A stretch of DNA of 64,000 nt from Yuukianura sp. NJ FZ-2021 (taxonomy: Eukaryota): assembly GCA_046563655.1 (NCBI GenBank), contig CM102289.1, positions 9,920,001 to 9,984,000 on the forward strand, written 5' to 3'. Position 1 is the stretch's first letter. Every line of letters begins with the position of its first letter. The notes beneath the pieces are model-generated. The model had not been told where the DNA came from. It worked only from the letters and a program-made list of their open reading frames with translations, and searched no databases. The translations under genes and the position numbers were made by a program. Below, one piece after another: positions 44,041 to 58,200 of this stretch.

Positions 44041-47000
44041 AGGACATCAAAACGAAAAACCAGTCGACCGAATCTTGGTTACTAGTTTTGAAAAATATAA
44101 AGTTTTATGATTCCTCTAAATTGTGAGATTGAATTTGAGTGCGGAGAGAAATTGATTAGAAATGGTGAAGGGATGGAGTGGGTGACCCCTGCTGTGACCC
44201 TTGTACGGGACACAATGTCTAAACCTAACGATTATTCTTGTGCTGAGATTATTGGGCAAAGTGAAGTGGTTTGTTATATTTCCAATATTTTGTGCTGTTG
44301 TCATGGTGATGGGGTGGCAGGAAGAGGTGTATTGACAGTAACTGAGTCTCATAAACAAGAAGAAGGGAGTGGTGGCCTAATAAAGTTTTACGACTGGAGT
44401 GTTGATGTGTTGTGCCAAATGCAGATCCAATCCAGTTCCGTTGGACACTTTCTTCCTTATCATTAAATTAAATGGAAATGGAGGAATTTGGAGGCGGAAA
44501 TCAAGATGTCCCTCACACGCTCCGCTTCATTTCGCTTCTACTTTTATGTCCTAATCAATCCAAGGGCCCCCGGAACCCTACGAAGGGCTCCCAACACTCA
44601 AACTCACAAATAAGAAGGGAACAAATACACAAATCACCAACAATTTAAAAATAAGAAGAGAACAAATTCGGAAATCAGAAGAGAAAGTTATAGGAGAAAG
44701 TTTAAAATCAATTTTTTTTGTAAAAGTTTACGTTTTTGTTCAATTTTGGCTAGAAATTGGGTTGTTTTGTGAGTGAAAAGGAGTTTGTCCCTGGAGAAAG
44801 TTTAGGCGGGAGAAGTTTGTTGACTTGAGTGAAAAGTTTATTTTCATGTAGTTTAGCATGGACAATTGGAGTGAGTGTGGTCACTTGAGACTGTGTTGGG
44901 ATGATGGAAACAAATAGGTCTGTGAATCCTATTGACTTTGTATCGAGTCCATTCTGAAGATGAGCCCTTTGATCCCCAGTGACTTCCTGGACACTCTGTT
45001 CAGCTTATCATTTGTTTCTCCTCCCATTTCTCAAATGTCCACTCTTCCGGATAATCATTTCAAGCCTTCCGCTGACCAAGACGCTTTCAGCGATAACCAA
45101 AGTCTCCTCCATTTGTACCGTTCAACTGGAGTAGCAGAGGTCACTTTCTCAATGTCACCCTCACCCTCCAGGGAGGAGGAGGAGGTTGATCCACTTTAAT
45201 GAAACACAAATTCAAATCCACTCCGAGGAAAGTTGTTGGTGAGATAAGCCAATTCTTGGAATTTACTTACTGTAGTTGTGTTTTCACTTTCTGCTTTCTC
45301 CCTGCATAGAGTGCAGAGGGAGTTGTTTCTCCCTTTGAGAGAAAAGTGAAATACGGAAATTATGCAATGAAATTTTATGATTCGAAACCTATTTCTAATA
45401 GAAGTAAGGAGACTTCTCTTCCTCACAATTCCATGTTTTGAGGAGGAAGTGAGGAAATAGACTCGGGGGATGAATTCTGAAATGGGAGAAAGTGATAGGA
45501 AAGATGCACCAGACCAGAACCAAACGATTATTATTTCTTCCATCAATCCGCATTCTAATCCATTTTCTTAACTCTTGAAAAAGCAACACTCAATTTCTGA
45601 AAATTTTGCCGTTTTGTGAAAAGTTGGAAATTGCAAGAATTGCATTTCTAGATTGGCGAAAAGTTGAGTGTTTTGGTGAAAGTGGAATTGGAAATGGGAT
45701 AAAGATCTTTGTGGGAAAGCGGGTTTTATGAGTTTTTGATATCTGTCTTTTGAGTTCTCTTTCCTGGATTTTGAGTGTCATTAGGAGAAAGTAGTTGGGT
45801 GAAAGTGGGTCCTCAGACGAATGTTTGAATTGGTCCAATTCCTCCGTCCATAACTTTGTCCAAACTGCCAAAGATACCGCTGGACTCCTCCATAACAGTC
45901 ACTGACAATCAGAATGAGGAGGGGGACTTTACGACTCAAGTCTCATTCCACCTTGTGACAGTGTCCACTTTCTAACAAAAAGACAAAGAGACAGAGCGTG
46001 GCTGCCACAGGAGAGACTCTAAATTGGTGGAATTGATTCCCGCCTTTTCTAATCGCACCATCTTCTCCTTTGAGATGCTAAATGTTTATGCCAGTGTCAA
46101 TTCATGGACGAGAGAGGTGAAATGAGGAGGAAAGGCAGTGGACAGAGACACTAAACTTCGAATCTTCTCAAATCCTGGACATTTCTCCATGCGGATCCTT
46201 GGATGTCGTAAGAAAGTAGTAAAAGTGAGGGATCAGTTGAGGACGTTAATGCTTAATGGGGGTAGTTCAGTCTGAGTGTGTCACAATTACTAACACTCTC
46301 CCATCAAGGGCCCCCCAAAGTACCCCTGTCACTCCAGTCAGACTTTCACCTTAATTTATGTACCTCAAGACTTTAATCCAAAGAAGTCTTGATCAAATGG
46401 CTTTAGAGACACAGACATGGTCACTTCAATAAAAGAGAAAGCAGGAGAAAGTGAGAATAAAACGTAAGAATTCAAAGACTTTGATGGTGGAGCAGCGTCA
46501 GCTGTAAATTACTTTCTGTCTATTTTCATTTTTAGCTGAAATAAAAAACAATTGAAATTGCAATTGAGTAAGTTTTTGTAAAAATGTCTGGAGTTTAGTA
46601 AATGTTACATTTTGTAAAATATATGTTGAACTTGAAGTTGACTTTTGTGTCGTGTATCTCAGATGAAGCGATTAATTGTGTTGCAGAAGAGAAAGTTGTT
46701 TGCTGGCTTGTGTCCAAGTGACTTTTTCTTTGTAAAACAAATGGAGTGTCAAGGGAGAAAGCCATTACAAGATGGGGTTAATGAAAAAGAATCCATGAAC
46801 ATCCAAGTGGATAAATTAACAAAGTGTCTTTTTTGTTTACTCGAGAAGTGTCTCTGACCATGTCCATTACCCCCAACGTCCTTCTTTTCCGGGACACAAT
46901 TAATCCAAACTACAGAGAAAGTTAGTGAAAATAGAAAGATTCTACGACCAAAGTCTCTCCAAATTAAATTCAACCTCCATCAATTTACAAAACCAATTTA

Positions 47001-48670
47001 CACAACAAAAAAAGTTTTGTACTTTGATTCTTAAAACTTTTACGGCTCAACCCGACTTGTGTCTGGATCATTCTCAATCAGAACTGGTGAAAAGAATTTT
47101 TAAAATTGGAAGATCACCGCATGGAGTCGTTTTGATTGAAATTAAGCCTTGAAAGCTTAACTAGATTTTTTTAAACCTTGTGACCACAAATGGTTGACAT
47201 TGTGAATTGGTATGGATAGGGTTGTGAAGAGTTGTAATTTAGCAGAAACTAATTTCCACTGAACCACCCATGTCAATGCACTACAAATTGCTGGGGCGGA
47301 AGAAAAGAAGAAGGGGAGAGAAGTGTTTAAAATTTAAATTGCACAATTTCAAGGGTGGTAACAAATAAATCTACAAACGACTTTGAAACTCTCACAAAAA
47401 TTCAATTTTCAAACCCCGAAGTTTCTGTGACTCTTGAATTAAAAGTGAAAGGTTTAAAAAAGTTCAATTTAATTGACACTTCCAAATGTAGAACCCCTCG
47501 AAAGAATTTTGGTAACTGCAGAAGGTTTTTATTTTTCAACAGTTTCTTAAATTCTTTTTTAAAGGGCGCAAAGCTTTTCTTTTCGTTTCTGCCAATTTGC
47601 TGACTATTTAAGTTTCTATAACTTTGTGTGCATAATTGAGTGGTTGTGTCTGAGAGTTTGTTGAAATGAATCATGTATGTTATAAATTAGTGAAAGTAGA
47701 GGGTGGGTGTTGACTAAGTGCAGATCACCCTCAGGAGTCTGCAGGAGACTCAAAAAGACTAATCGACTTTTTGAGAAAGTGCGCTTTAGCTACTTTTGTA
47801 AAAATGTTTGTGCGTCTGTCCCACATTGACAATGGAACTCAACTAATTGGAAGAGAATGTGATGAATGGGACGCATTTTGTCAACGTCTCTCACCGCTCG
47901 CTCTCTCCTTTAATCAAAACAAAAGAAAAGACAGGCTTTGTTTCCATTTCCATTCCAAACATCCTCACCAAATTAATTTCACTCCAAAAAAAGTCACTTG
48001 AGCCAAGTGAAAAATGCCACGGAGAAAGTCAGTTTCAGACTGGAATTTCGATTTTTCTTTGCCTTTGGCCTTCCGTTTGCCTTCATTAGAAAAGATAACC
48101 TCTCCCCTCTGCTGGAAAAATTAGGAGGCGGCAAATTCCGCCTTTAATCACTTTTCTCTCTCTTTTTTCCCGGGATTCGGAGATTTAAGCTCCCGGGAAA
48201 AAACAATCCCGGGAAATTCAAAAGCGACTTGATCCGAGAAGTGTGACAGGAACACGGGCACATCTATTCAAATGAGAGACAAGTAATTTGATATGCTGAG
48301 ACTTAAGCCATCCACACTGCAATCAACAATCCTTTTAGCCCTTTGCTTTCACTTTTCTGTTTACTTTCCATTTTGAACTGGGCAGAGGTCACGTGTGCTG
48401 GTCACCACTCGTGTTTTTCTTATTTGAACAAAGCTTGTTGTTGTCTGCACAAACTATTTATTCCACTTCACCTCGTTATATTTCAAATATTTACTTGTGC
48501 TAAACCATTACAACCACACAATGTTTTCTTACAAAATGATTTTAGTTACTCCCTCCAACCACTGAATAACTTAAATCCACTCAATTTCCAATTCAAGGAA
48601 ATGAGCCACTTTGAATTAAAATTTTTCCCGAACTTTCATTTTCAACATCATCACTCTGTGAAATTGTGAC

Positions 48671-48734
48671 GAGTTGAAATGTTGAAATTAAAAAGAGTTG
48701 AAATGTTGAAATAGAAGAGTTGAAAATGTTCAAA
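48671..48734 (+). repeat. ~23-bp tandem repeat (GAGTTGAAATGTTGAAAT...), 3 copies
   Basis: gagttgaaatgttgaaattaaaaa gagttgaaatgttgaaatagaa gagttgaaaatgttcaaat. Confidence 0.75.
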
Positions 48735-51700
48735 TGCAGAGACTGGTGGCGGAAGAGAAAGCTTTTAAAAGTCCTAAAACACCGGAAAGTAAACGTCGTT
48801 GAGCAGAATAGTCAAAATCCGAAACCGGATGATTTGCATATGGGAATTAAAATGAAACGGATAGAGTCAAAGTTTGTGGAGAAGTTTTTATTCTTTTGTC
48901 ATGGAAAGCAGGGGGAAACAATGCCTTTCTCCCTTGACTCTTCTAATGCTAAAATGGAGAGTATGGAAATGAGAAACACAAAATTAAATGTCATCTGTAC
49001 AGTGTGTTAAAAAACAAAATGTTTTCCCTCATGCTGAACCAGGTCTGTGCAATTATGAAGTAAGACAGGCGATTAAGCCACATTTCCACTTCATTACGCC
49101 ACACCCAGGCCTTTGTCTTTTCAAATCTTCCGCAACGCCGTTCCTTCTTCCGCTTTTTTCTCTTTTCGGTGTAATGACTTGTAAGTTTTCTAAATGTCAG
49201 AGTCAAATTTTAAAACTCAGAAACCTAATGTATTTACTCCGCTTGGTTACTTTTTCTCCTCTCGACAAAGGAATCAAAATAATTACGCTTAAGAAAAATT
49301 GGTTGTGAAATGCAAAACAAAAGGCACTTCCGCACTTCCAAATTGACTTCCAAGCTTAATGCGAAAGAGTGAAAGTAGAAGCGGTTGATTTAGTTTTGGT
49401 GAAAGTACAAACGGAAGTTCTTTGCCTCTAGAAACATGATTTGTAAAAGTAAAAGTAAAAAAAGTGAACTAATATGTTGCATTAAGGGAAGAAATATGAG
49501 GGAGATGAAAGGAGGGCCCTTGAGAGCGGCTGGTGAAAGCTTTTGACATTTTGATATTTGTGAAAGTGAAGCACAGTAGATTGTGCGGAGAGTGGAAATG
49601 GCATTACCTTTTATGATGCTCCATTTCTGTGTCTGCTCTTATATGATTATTACAAAGAGAGAAGATGATTATGAGACGTGGTAAAAGGAGGTTTTTCCTT
49701 TTACTTTCTCTGAGTTACGACCTGCAAGACGTTCTTTGGTTTGACTTGTGGACTCTTTTATTGTTACCTCTTTCTTTTTTGTAGTAACAAAAGTCATACG
49801 CTGTTTCATGACATTTCATGTCCCATTGTCTCCTCTTCTTTTCCCTCCGTTTGTTTTACGACTTCAGAATTACTACAAATATTACACAAAACACAACGCT
49901 TTCTTCTGTTTCTAGAAATTCGTGACCTTTGACATGAGGTAGAGAAAGTTAAAATCGGCATGAAAAAAGTACTTCTGCCTAACTTTTTTCTGTTCTGTAG
50001 TAGATTGTTAACGCAATTGTAAAAGTTAAGTTCTTTTGATTTGGAGAGACTCAAGTGTCGTCTGGATCCTTTGACAAGCAAGTCCAAGTTGACTGCAAAC
50101 AAGGGATTTGTATTTTGTGAGATTCTGTGACACTTGAAACCCTGAATGAAATCAAAGAGAAAACTGCGACTGGAAAAGAGAAAGTACTTGAGCTTTTTCT
50201 GCTTTTTTCATAAGAGGGAGTGGAACTGATGGAAATCGGTGAAATAATCCTGTGCCGCTCTCTACTTGGGATAATAACAATCCTAATAATTCCATCCATC
50301 AATGTTCCTCTCCATCAGATAAAAGTCCTCACTTTCACCAACGTCCAACCAAAAACCAATCCACTTCTACTTTCTACTTTTCAGCTTTCAACTATTTTCA
50401 ACTACAACTTTGAGCGGTGAAAGTTGAAAAAGTAGAAGAGATGATGGAAGGGTGCACAAAGGCAATTTGAAAAAAGAAAAAGACAACAAGGTTCAACTTC
50501 ACTTTTTTTTTCTTCAGTTATCTTCAGCTTTTTTGTAACAAAAGGAGTTTCCCAGAAGATTTGAAGTTTGCCTGAAGAGAGTGAAAGGAGAAAGCGGAAT
50601 GCACGCAACAAGTCCCGGAAGGCAAATCTACTAAAGCCTAATAGACCAGTCGACTGAAAAGATTCAAGTGCATCTCTCCTTACTTTTTCTACAATTTTAA
50701 AATTGGCTCCTCTGCAAACATCTTTTTTTTTGAAGTGCCTGGAAGAAAAAACACAAAAGGTAAAGATGTCTGGAGTGCATTTGTTATTCATGCCATGGGC
50801 CTGGAAGTCTGGATTGTGAAAAGAAAGCAATTCCACAACTTGACATCCTTTCGATTTGCTTCATTCAATTTTATGAGCATTATGCTCAATACACGCTCTA
50901 CAGCCGCCTTTTACGACTCTCCGTTTTTGCATTTCCATCTCAGACCACTTTTCCTGATGGAGAATTTCAAATGCATAACTTGTGCTGGAGTTTATTTTTA
51001 TTTTTCAGTCCAATTTACATTTTTTGGTCAAAATAAGTTGGAATTGAGAAAAACGCGTGTAGTCCATGACACATGCCGCGCAGTTTTCAAAATCCAATCC
51101 ATCATGGCGTCACTTCAAAGTCTTTTTCTCAAAAAATGTACGGAGACACCGAAATCCTAAAATTCTTGGAAAACCAACATTTGTCTTGTATTTGACAGGT
51201 ATTTCACACACGCTATTTCGAGTTTAGACACAAAATCTTCTTAGGAACGTCTCATAGATTTGGAAAATTTCTAACATTCTAAACTGTGACATGGAAACAG
51301 AATTTTGGAAACGTCAGAGGCTGTTTGGAATTTAAGCAGAAAAAGTGGAAATCCAGGATGAGCCTTTTGGTTTTTCGAGGGATTTTGGCTGTCCCCTCCT
51401 CTCTGCGTGACAATGTTGAGATTTGATGGATTGCTCCTTTCTCCGACTTTCACTGAGCCATTTTGATCAAAGATCCACTTGAGCCTCTCTCTGAAAAAGA
51501 AAAAAGAGCTCAGATGAGACAGATTAGGATAATTGCAATGATTTCTGAGAGATCTTGATATTTGTACTTGGTCTTACACACATCTGCCACTGATTCCATA
51601 CAACACTCATCCATCAATCACTAATCACTTCAATTAATTCATAATTCATACAATATTTAACTCACATTTTCAAAAATTTCTTATTTTTTTCAACCAAAAA

Positions 51701-52230
51701 CTTAAACTTTGGAGACTTTCGCAGCAATTACTAACTGAGCCCATTTCGCATCTTGCAAAATCTGTAATTTTCCCACGATTATGTTTTTTTTTTGCGGAAG
51801 AGATACTTACAGAATTGTAAATAAGAAATTGCAAGTTGATGCTGAATATTGCGAAGGTCAGAGTTTAGATTGAGGCGGATGTTTGCGAAGTGTAAGAAGT
51901 TTCGAGTTACTTCCGGTGAGTGCGAGAATGTTTAAAGTTGGTTGCTGGGTGTATTGCCCCCTTCATCCCCCTCACAATTTGCAACGGTCGAGAGAAAAAG
52001 TGTTTTTTGAGGTGGAGCAATTAATGTTTTGCCTTGTTTTTGCCAACATTTGTGCAATTTTGCAAGGGGTAGAGGGGAAACCTGTTTGGATAGGAAGTGC
52101 TTATAGGAAAGTGAATTACATAATAAGTATAAGTGGACTTGTAGTTGCATTTTCATAGCAAAGGATTTCATCTCAGGGTTTCAGAAAAGTGCCTTAAGGA
52201 TACTCTTAAGAAACAGCTCAACAATTCGCA

Positions 52231-53344
52231 ATGGCAAAATCTGAAGACAGGACTAAGCAATTTGCTCAGGTGAGACTAAATTGTTCTTAATCCAAAGTTT
52301 GTTAAGCCAAAGTGTTAATTTTAACATTGGACACAGTTGAGGCAACTGGTGCAGGACGTCAGCACAGAAGAATACTACAAGAGTGACGGATATCTACTAA
52401 GATGGCTGCAATGTAAAATACAAATTATTTAACAAATATTTCATATAAGCACCGACTCAATTGTCTTCTTTTTCAGATACAAATTACGATGTCAAAAAAG
52501 CCTCAACTGCATTTCGCAAAGTATGGATTTTTGACGTTGGAAAAAAATTCTTCAATTTTGGTAGCTTTAAGCTAAATTGGCGTTTTATCTTTTATTTTTT
52601 TTTTCAAGTGCATGGAGTGGAGACGAGACAACAAAATGGACACAATTCTGGAGGAAGATTTCACGGAACTTTCGCTCAAATTCCCACTGGACTTGGGGTC
52701 GGTGGACAAACATGGGAGGCTTGGTAAGACTCTTTTTCTGGTTTAAACTTGCAAAATTTAATTTCGTTTTTGTTTCAGTTGTGAAGATATTCATAGAGAG
52801 TTTTAACTGCAAGCACCTTGATTTCAATGGAGAGAGAGATCGCTACCTCCGATTCGGATTCTGGACCAGCGAAAGAATCGAGAGGCGTCTGAGAGAGCAG
52901 TTCCACAAAACAGAGGGCGCTGTGAGTCAATGTGTTGTGGTGGTCGACTGTACTAAAATGTCTGAACACATGAAGGACGTCGGAATAACCAAACTCTACT
53001 CAGGTTACATTTCAAAATAGTATTTCCAAAAGCTAACTACTTCACTAATTAGAAATAATTTACGCAGTGATCATGTTCATAAAAGAGGCTGTTTCTAAAC
53101 TGGCCAACAATTTCCCACGCGGTTCTGAGAGAACTTATGTTGTAAACGGTATTTCCCGCAATCTTTCAATCATTACGATCCCATTCGTTCAAACTCTGAT
53201 TTCCTTTTCTTTTAATTTTCAGCGTCCAAACCCTTTACAATTTTTTACTCGGCAGTTAAGCATCTCTCTTGCAAGGAAACCATCGACGCCTTGCACATCT
53301 ACGGAACCGAAACTACTTTCGACTGGAACTCAGAACTATTTTAA
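52231..53344 (+). CDS. CRAL-TRIO / SEC14-like lipid-binding protein, paralog 1
   Basis: SDGYLLRWLQ..NYDVKKA (CRAL-TRIO N-terminal domain), DKHGRLV, QCVVVVD, NNFPRG...YVVNA; 7 exons with GT/AG sites. Confidence 0.85.
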
Positions 53345-54162
53345 CATCACTGTATTTTAGAAATCCATTTCTTTAAATTCCTGTTTTTCATACTCTTATT
53401 GTCCGTTTTATGACAAATGTCCTTGATCACAAAAGTAGTCATTGTGGTTCCCCGTGGTTTTTAACAATGGGGTTCTGCCAATGTCCTTCAGTCGCCCTTG
53501 CTAACTTCTCTTTTTCTTCTACGCTTTCAATTCTTTGCAAAATGTAACGTGTAACATTTGAAGTTCAAAGCGTAGTAACTACTGTGTTTTTTTATGTCAA
53601 AAGTGAAGGTTAAGGAGATATCTGATGACTTGGCAGATCCACAGAGTGGACAGAATGTGTTGAGGAGTGCAAAATAAAGTTGAATCATAGTTAAATGTTG
53701 ACTTTCCTTGAGAGACTTGAGTGACGCCAATGAGGATCCTGTGCATGGTTTAATTGAAGGTCACCTCAGTTGTCTTTTAGCAGCATTTCATTAGCAAAAC
53801 CAGTGGAAACACCCATTCCCAGTCCAATTGTCTGCCACTCTTAACTCAATTCCGTGCCAACATTGCTCCAGAACAGAACACAATTTAGAAATCTTCCCTT
53901 TAAATTATTAGGTCAATTTGCACAAACGACAGGCAAAGTGTGATTGTTGAGTTGGTGTGCTGGTGAGAGTATGATTCAAAGCAACTAAGGAAATTATCAC
54001 TTCGTTGATTACCTTAATCGTATACTACCCTCTAACTTCAGTTTCCGTGTTACGTACAAGTTTTTGCACTGAAAGTCAACAGTTGAAGTGCAAAAGTTGT
54101 ATAGCAACAAACACAAAATGTTATGAAAGGACATCAGCATTTTTTAATCCGCCACCCTCAGA

Positions 54163-55270
54163 ATGTCATCGGATTACACAAAGCTAACTGAGCAGGTAAC
54201 AGCTTAAATGTTAATTAAAAATAGGGTTAAGAATTGTTAATATCTTAATGTTAAGTTCACTATTTTTGAAGTTTAAATGTTTGCTAAGTTGCGTATACTT
54301 GTGGAAGATGTGGAGCTGGATGAATACTTGAGCAGTGATGGATACCTTCTAAGGTGGCTACAATGTAAGTACATTTCAAAACGCAAAATTTAACCACAGT
54401 GGTTTAAAGTTTGCGTTTTTTTAGATACAAATTATGATGTGAACAAATCTGCAATTGCCTTAAGACAAAGCATTCTGTGGAAGGCTAAACACAAAGTTGC
54501 CTCAATTCTGGCTGAAGACTTTGGTGATCTCTCCAAAAAGTTTCCAGTGGACATGACACAAATTGACAAACACGGACGACTCAGTAAGTTCAAAAACTCC
54601 CGCCAAAATTCAAAACTAACTTTGATTTTCAGTTGTGCAGGTCCGTTGTCAAGATTTTAACTGCAGAGATCTGAATGTGGAAAAGTCTGAGTGGAAACGG
54701 TTCATAAGATTCTCACTTTGGGTGCAACAGACAGTGGAGATGCGCTTAAAAGAGCAGTTCTACAACACAGGCCAAACGGCGTCTCAGGGAATTGCGATCT
54801 TGGACCTTAGCAATATGTCTCACCTCGTCAAAGAAGCTGGAATATCAAGAATTTACACAAGTAACAAATTTGTATTTCAATTCAAACTGCTCAAAAGTGA
54901 ATCTGTAAAAGTAAAAATAAAAGTAAATTTTGGAACAGTGCTTTGGCTCGTCAAGAAAATTGTGTCGGATGTGGAAACAAACTTCCCACGGGGTATAGAC
55001 GTAACTTATATTATCAACGGTGAGATTTTTTTGTTTAAAATGTTTCGTATAAAAACTGAAAAGCAGTTAACTAAAATAATTTAACTGTTTTTGAATGTAG
55101 CTCCCAAGATATTTTCCTTGTTTCATTCTGCGATGAAGACGCTCTTCTGCTCACAAACCGCAAAATCTCTCAAAATTCACGGTGTCGAAAGCAATTTCGA
55201 CTGGAAAACAGAACTTTTAAAACAGGAGGACATTGATACATTTTCACAAAAAGTTGAACCAGGTACCTAA
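54163..55270 (+). CDS. CRAL-TRIO / SEC14-like lipid-binding protein, paralog 2 (tandem duplicate)
   Basis: SDGYLLRWLQ..NYDVNKS, DKHGRL, QGIAILDL, TNFPRG...YIINAPKIF; 6 exons, collinear with paralog 1. Confidence 0.87.
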
Positions 55271-58200
55271 ATACCTAGTCTTTCGCATTGTTAACTAATG
55301 ATATTTTAAGATTAACGTTAAAAAGTTAATTTTCGCTACGCAGTTGACTAGTATTATTATGAGAACTTGTAGGGAGACTTTCTCCTTCTGATTTTTCTCT
55401 GTTGGACAAAGTTTGATGTTTGATTAATCATGTTTAACAAATGAATCCAAGTAAAACTGTCGCAAATGAAAGGAATGACTAGTAGTTTTTGGTTTGAGTG
55501 GAAGGACTTAAGTGGAGGTCCCTTGAGACATACTTCCATTAAGGACTTTCACTAAAGTCAATGGGACAAGGACTAATGAACATCCAAACTCAAATTCAAT
55601 TACAACTGGACAGCACAGTCACTCCGGAATTTCATTCCACTTTCTCCAAAAGACCAAATTCCGCATTCTCTCAATTTCACAAAAACAATCCAACTTCCAA
55701 GAGACATTTTTTTGAATTTGTGAAAGTTGACCTTGGATTGGGGGGAAAAGAGGATAATGAAAAGCATAATGTGTGATGAAGAGTGAGAAGCCAAGTGATC
55801 CATCATGCTCCACTCCACAGAGATCTCCATCTTTTCATCTTCCTAAATACAGAGTCCCAGTGCTATTAGACGGAGTATTAGTCATTGTCACCAACATAAA
55901 CCAGATATTCATACGCAACAAAAACCAATTCCAATCATAATCCCACTCAACTCTCCATTTCTTTCACTTTTTAGTTTGTCCGGGAATGACTCGACTCAAT
56001 TTCAAATCCAACAAAATCCACTTCAGATTCTCATGATTGATAACATGTCTCAAACTCCTGGTGAAGTTCAAGAATTTTCAAATTCTTGATTCCTTTGAAC
56101 TGAAAGTGGACAAAGAGCGTGGTTGATTTGATTGTACTTTGATTTCCCTAATAGAGTCCCCCGGTATTTCATCAACAGTTTTACGATCCATCATAAACTT
56201 GTGGAATTGTGTCCACACCCACACCCTCGTCCATCGTCATCCTCCCAAGTTACACAATTGGAGTGTAACTTCGGTGTAACTTCTGAGAGAGAGAAAGTGG
56301 ACAGAGTAATTCGGGTTTTTCGGAGGAGAGAGTGACCCGGGTGACTAAATCCCGATTACTGATTCAATTTGGAATGTTGGAGGGCAGGAGCAGAAGCCAT
56401 CACATCTCAACAGTTTTAGTGGCAAATACAAGGAAAGAATCAAATTCAATTTTGAGAGGGCAGGGTGAAAGTGGAAGTACGAAAGAAAAGCGATTTGAGT
56501 TTACGAGTTGGATTCGTGCGTTTTCTTTGGGTGTATTTTTACGACTGTTATTTTAACACCGTGGCGCATTTTGGAGAAAGTATGACACGTGTTTGACGCA
56601 GAAATGATCAGAGGGGGCACAAAAATGCGAGAGAAAGCGGCATTCCATAAATTCCATTTCTATAAATTCCACTTCTGCACCACGCCGCTACTTTCACTCA
56701 CAACTCTCAAGTATTTAAGTCTGGAACGCCACAAATCTGGAGGTGACGAAGCGTAGGTCCTCGATCCTGTTAGGTTTCACTCAATAACTGAAAGGACGAG
56801 GACACAATGGACGGAAAAGTAAGAATGGACGAATGGGCGAGACTGACCGATGAGAGGTTTCTGCTCAACTGGATTCCAAAAGCAAGTGTAAATTATTTCT
56901 GCCTCGCTTTCTCATATTAAATTTACTCAATTTAGTTGTGCAATGGATCTGCACTGGACAATGGATGGTCAAAGTGGTGACAAGTCTTGTGCATAACAAA
57001 TGCATTGTTGTATTTTCACAAAAAGCAGAAAAGGAGTGAAAGTGAATTCAAATTTCTCAATTTACCACAATCAAAATATTAATAGAAAGAATAGAATCCA
57101 ACTGACAAGTAACTAGGAAAATAATTTACTCTTTTCTAAATTGTAATTTTTAGTTTCAAAGGGTATTTTGCTTGTGCGAGATGATGATGAGTGGAAATAG
57201 GAGAAAGCCACTTTAGATTTCAAAACTATTTAGTTCGTTGCTCGTCATCGTGATTAGGGTTGCAGTTCACTTTCTCCGTTCTGAAGTTAATGACTGAGTG
57301 GCAGAAGTGGATCTGATGAATCTATGTTTTAGGCGTAAATAAATGAAGTTGTTCTATCTGCACTTCCTCTAAATAGAAATGACTCCTGGATTCTGTAATG
57401 ATGAGTGTTGACACATAAAGATCTGAGTGTCATTGCGGTTTGTCAGCCCAAATTCATCAAGAGACTCTCCGCTTTTAAAGTCCCGCTTTCTACTCTAATC
57501 GTATTATCTTCACTCCATGCAAAGCAACAGTCACAACTCACAAGCCTCCAAGCAACTTGATCTTCTAATAGCAAAAGTCTAATCAAACAAATGCACAACA
57601 ATTTCTCAAATAATCAAATTTCAACGCCATTCCATTTTAAGCAGGAGACTCATTAACTACCACTGGAAAATATTTTAGAATTATCTTGGTTTCTTTCTTT
57701 CTGTCGCTGGCTTTCACCTTCCTAATGAATATTTCTGTGGAGTTGAAGTGGGTAAAGTTCTTTTCAAAATTTGAATCTTCGGTTGGATTTCGGTGAAATA
57801 ATAATTAACTTAGGCTTTCAAGTCTCCTTTGAGCAGAAAGTTGGAGAAAGGGAAAGGAAAAGCTAAATATCCACTTCAGACTTCATTCAATTCTAACCTT
57901 ACTTTGTCAAAAAGGCAAAAAAGAACTCCATTTCTTTTACTTTTTTTAAAATAAGAATCTCTATTTTTGTACTTTGATACAAAGCAGAAGATGAAGAACT
58001 GAGAGAAAAAGAGAAAGAGAAAAGTGGGATTTGTGCTTTCACCCTGCTCATTATGTTCGTTAGGAAACACTTTTGGTGATGTGAAGAGGCCGAGGATGAT
58101 GAGAGATGAAGATGACCGGTCAATTGAGACAAGCAGAAGATCAAACTAATTCATCCTCCATTGTTACGTGAGTTTGAGGGGTTTTTGTTATTAGTTTGAG

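Noticed and set aside
50758..50770. AGGTAAAGATGTC matching the 3' part of miR-8
   Set aside because: The seed region is absent; chance match.
40896..52171. Numerous 60-144 aa ORFs in the non-coding region (also 55.3-64 kb)
   Set aside because: Low-complexity F/L/K/S-rich translations, many with non-ATG starts, no domain motifs and no consistent exon chain.
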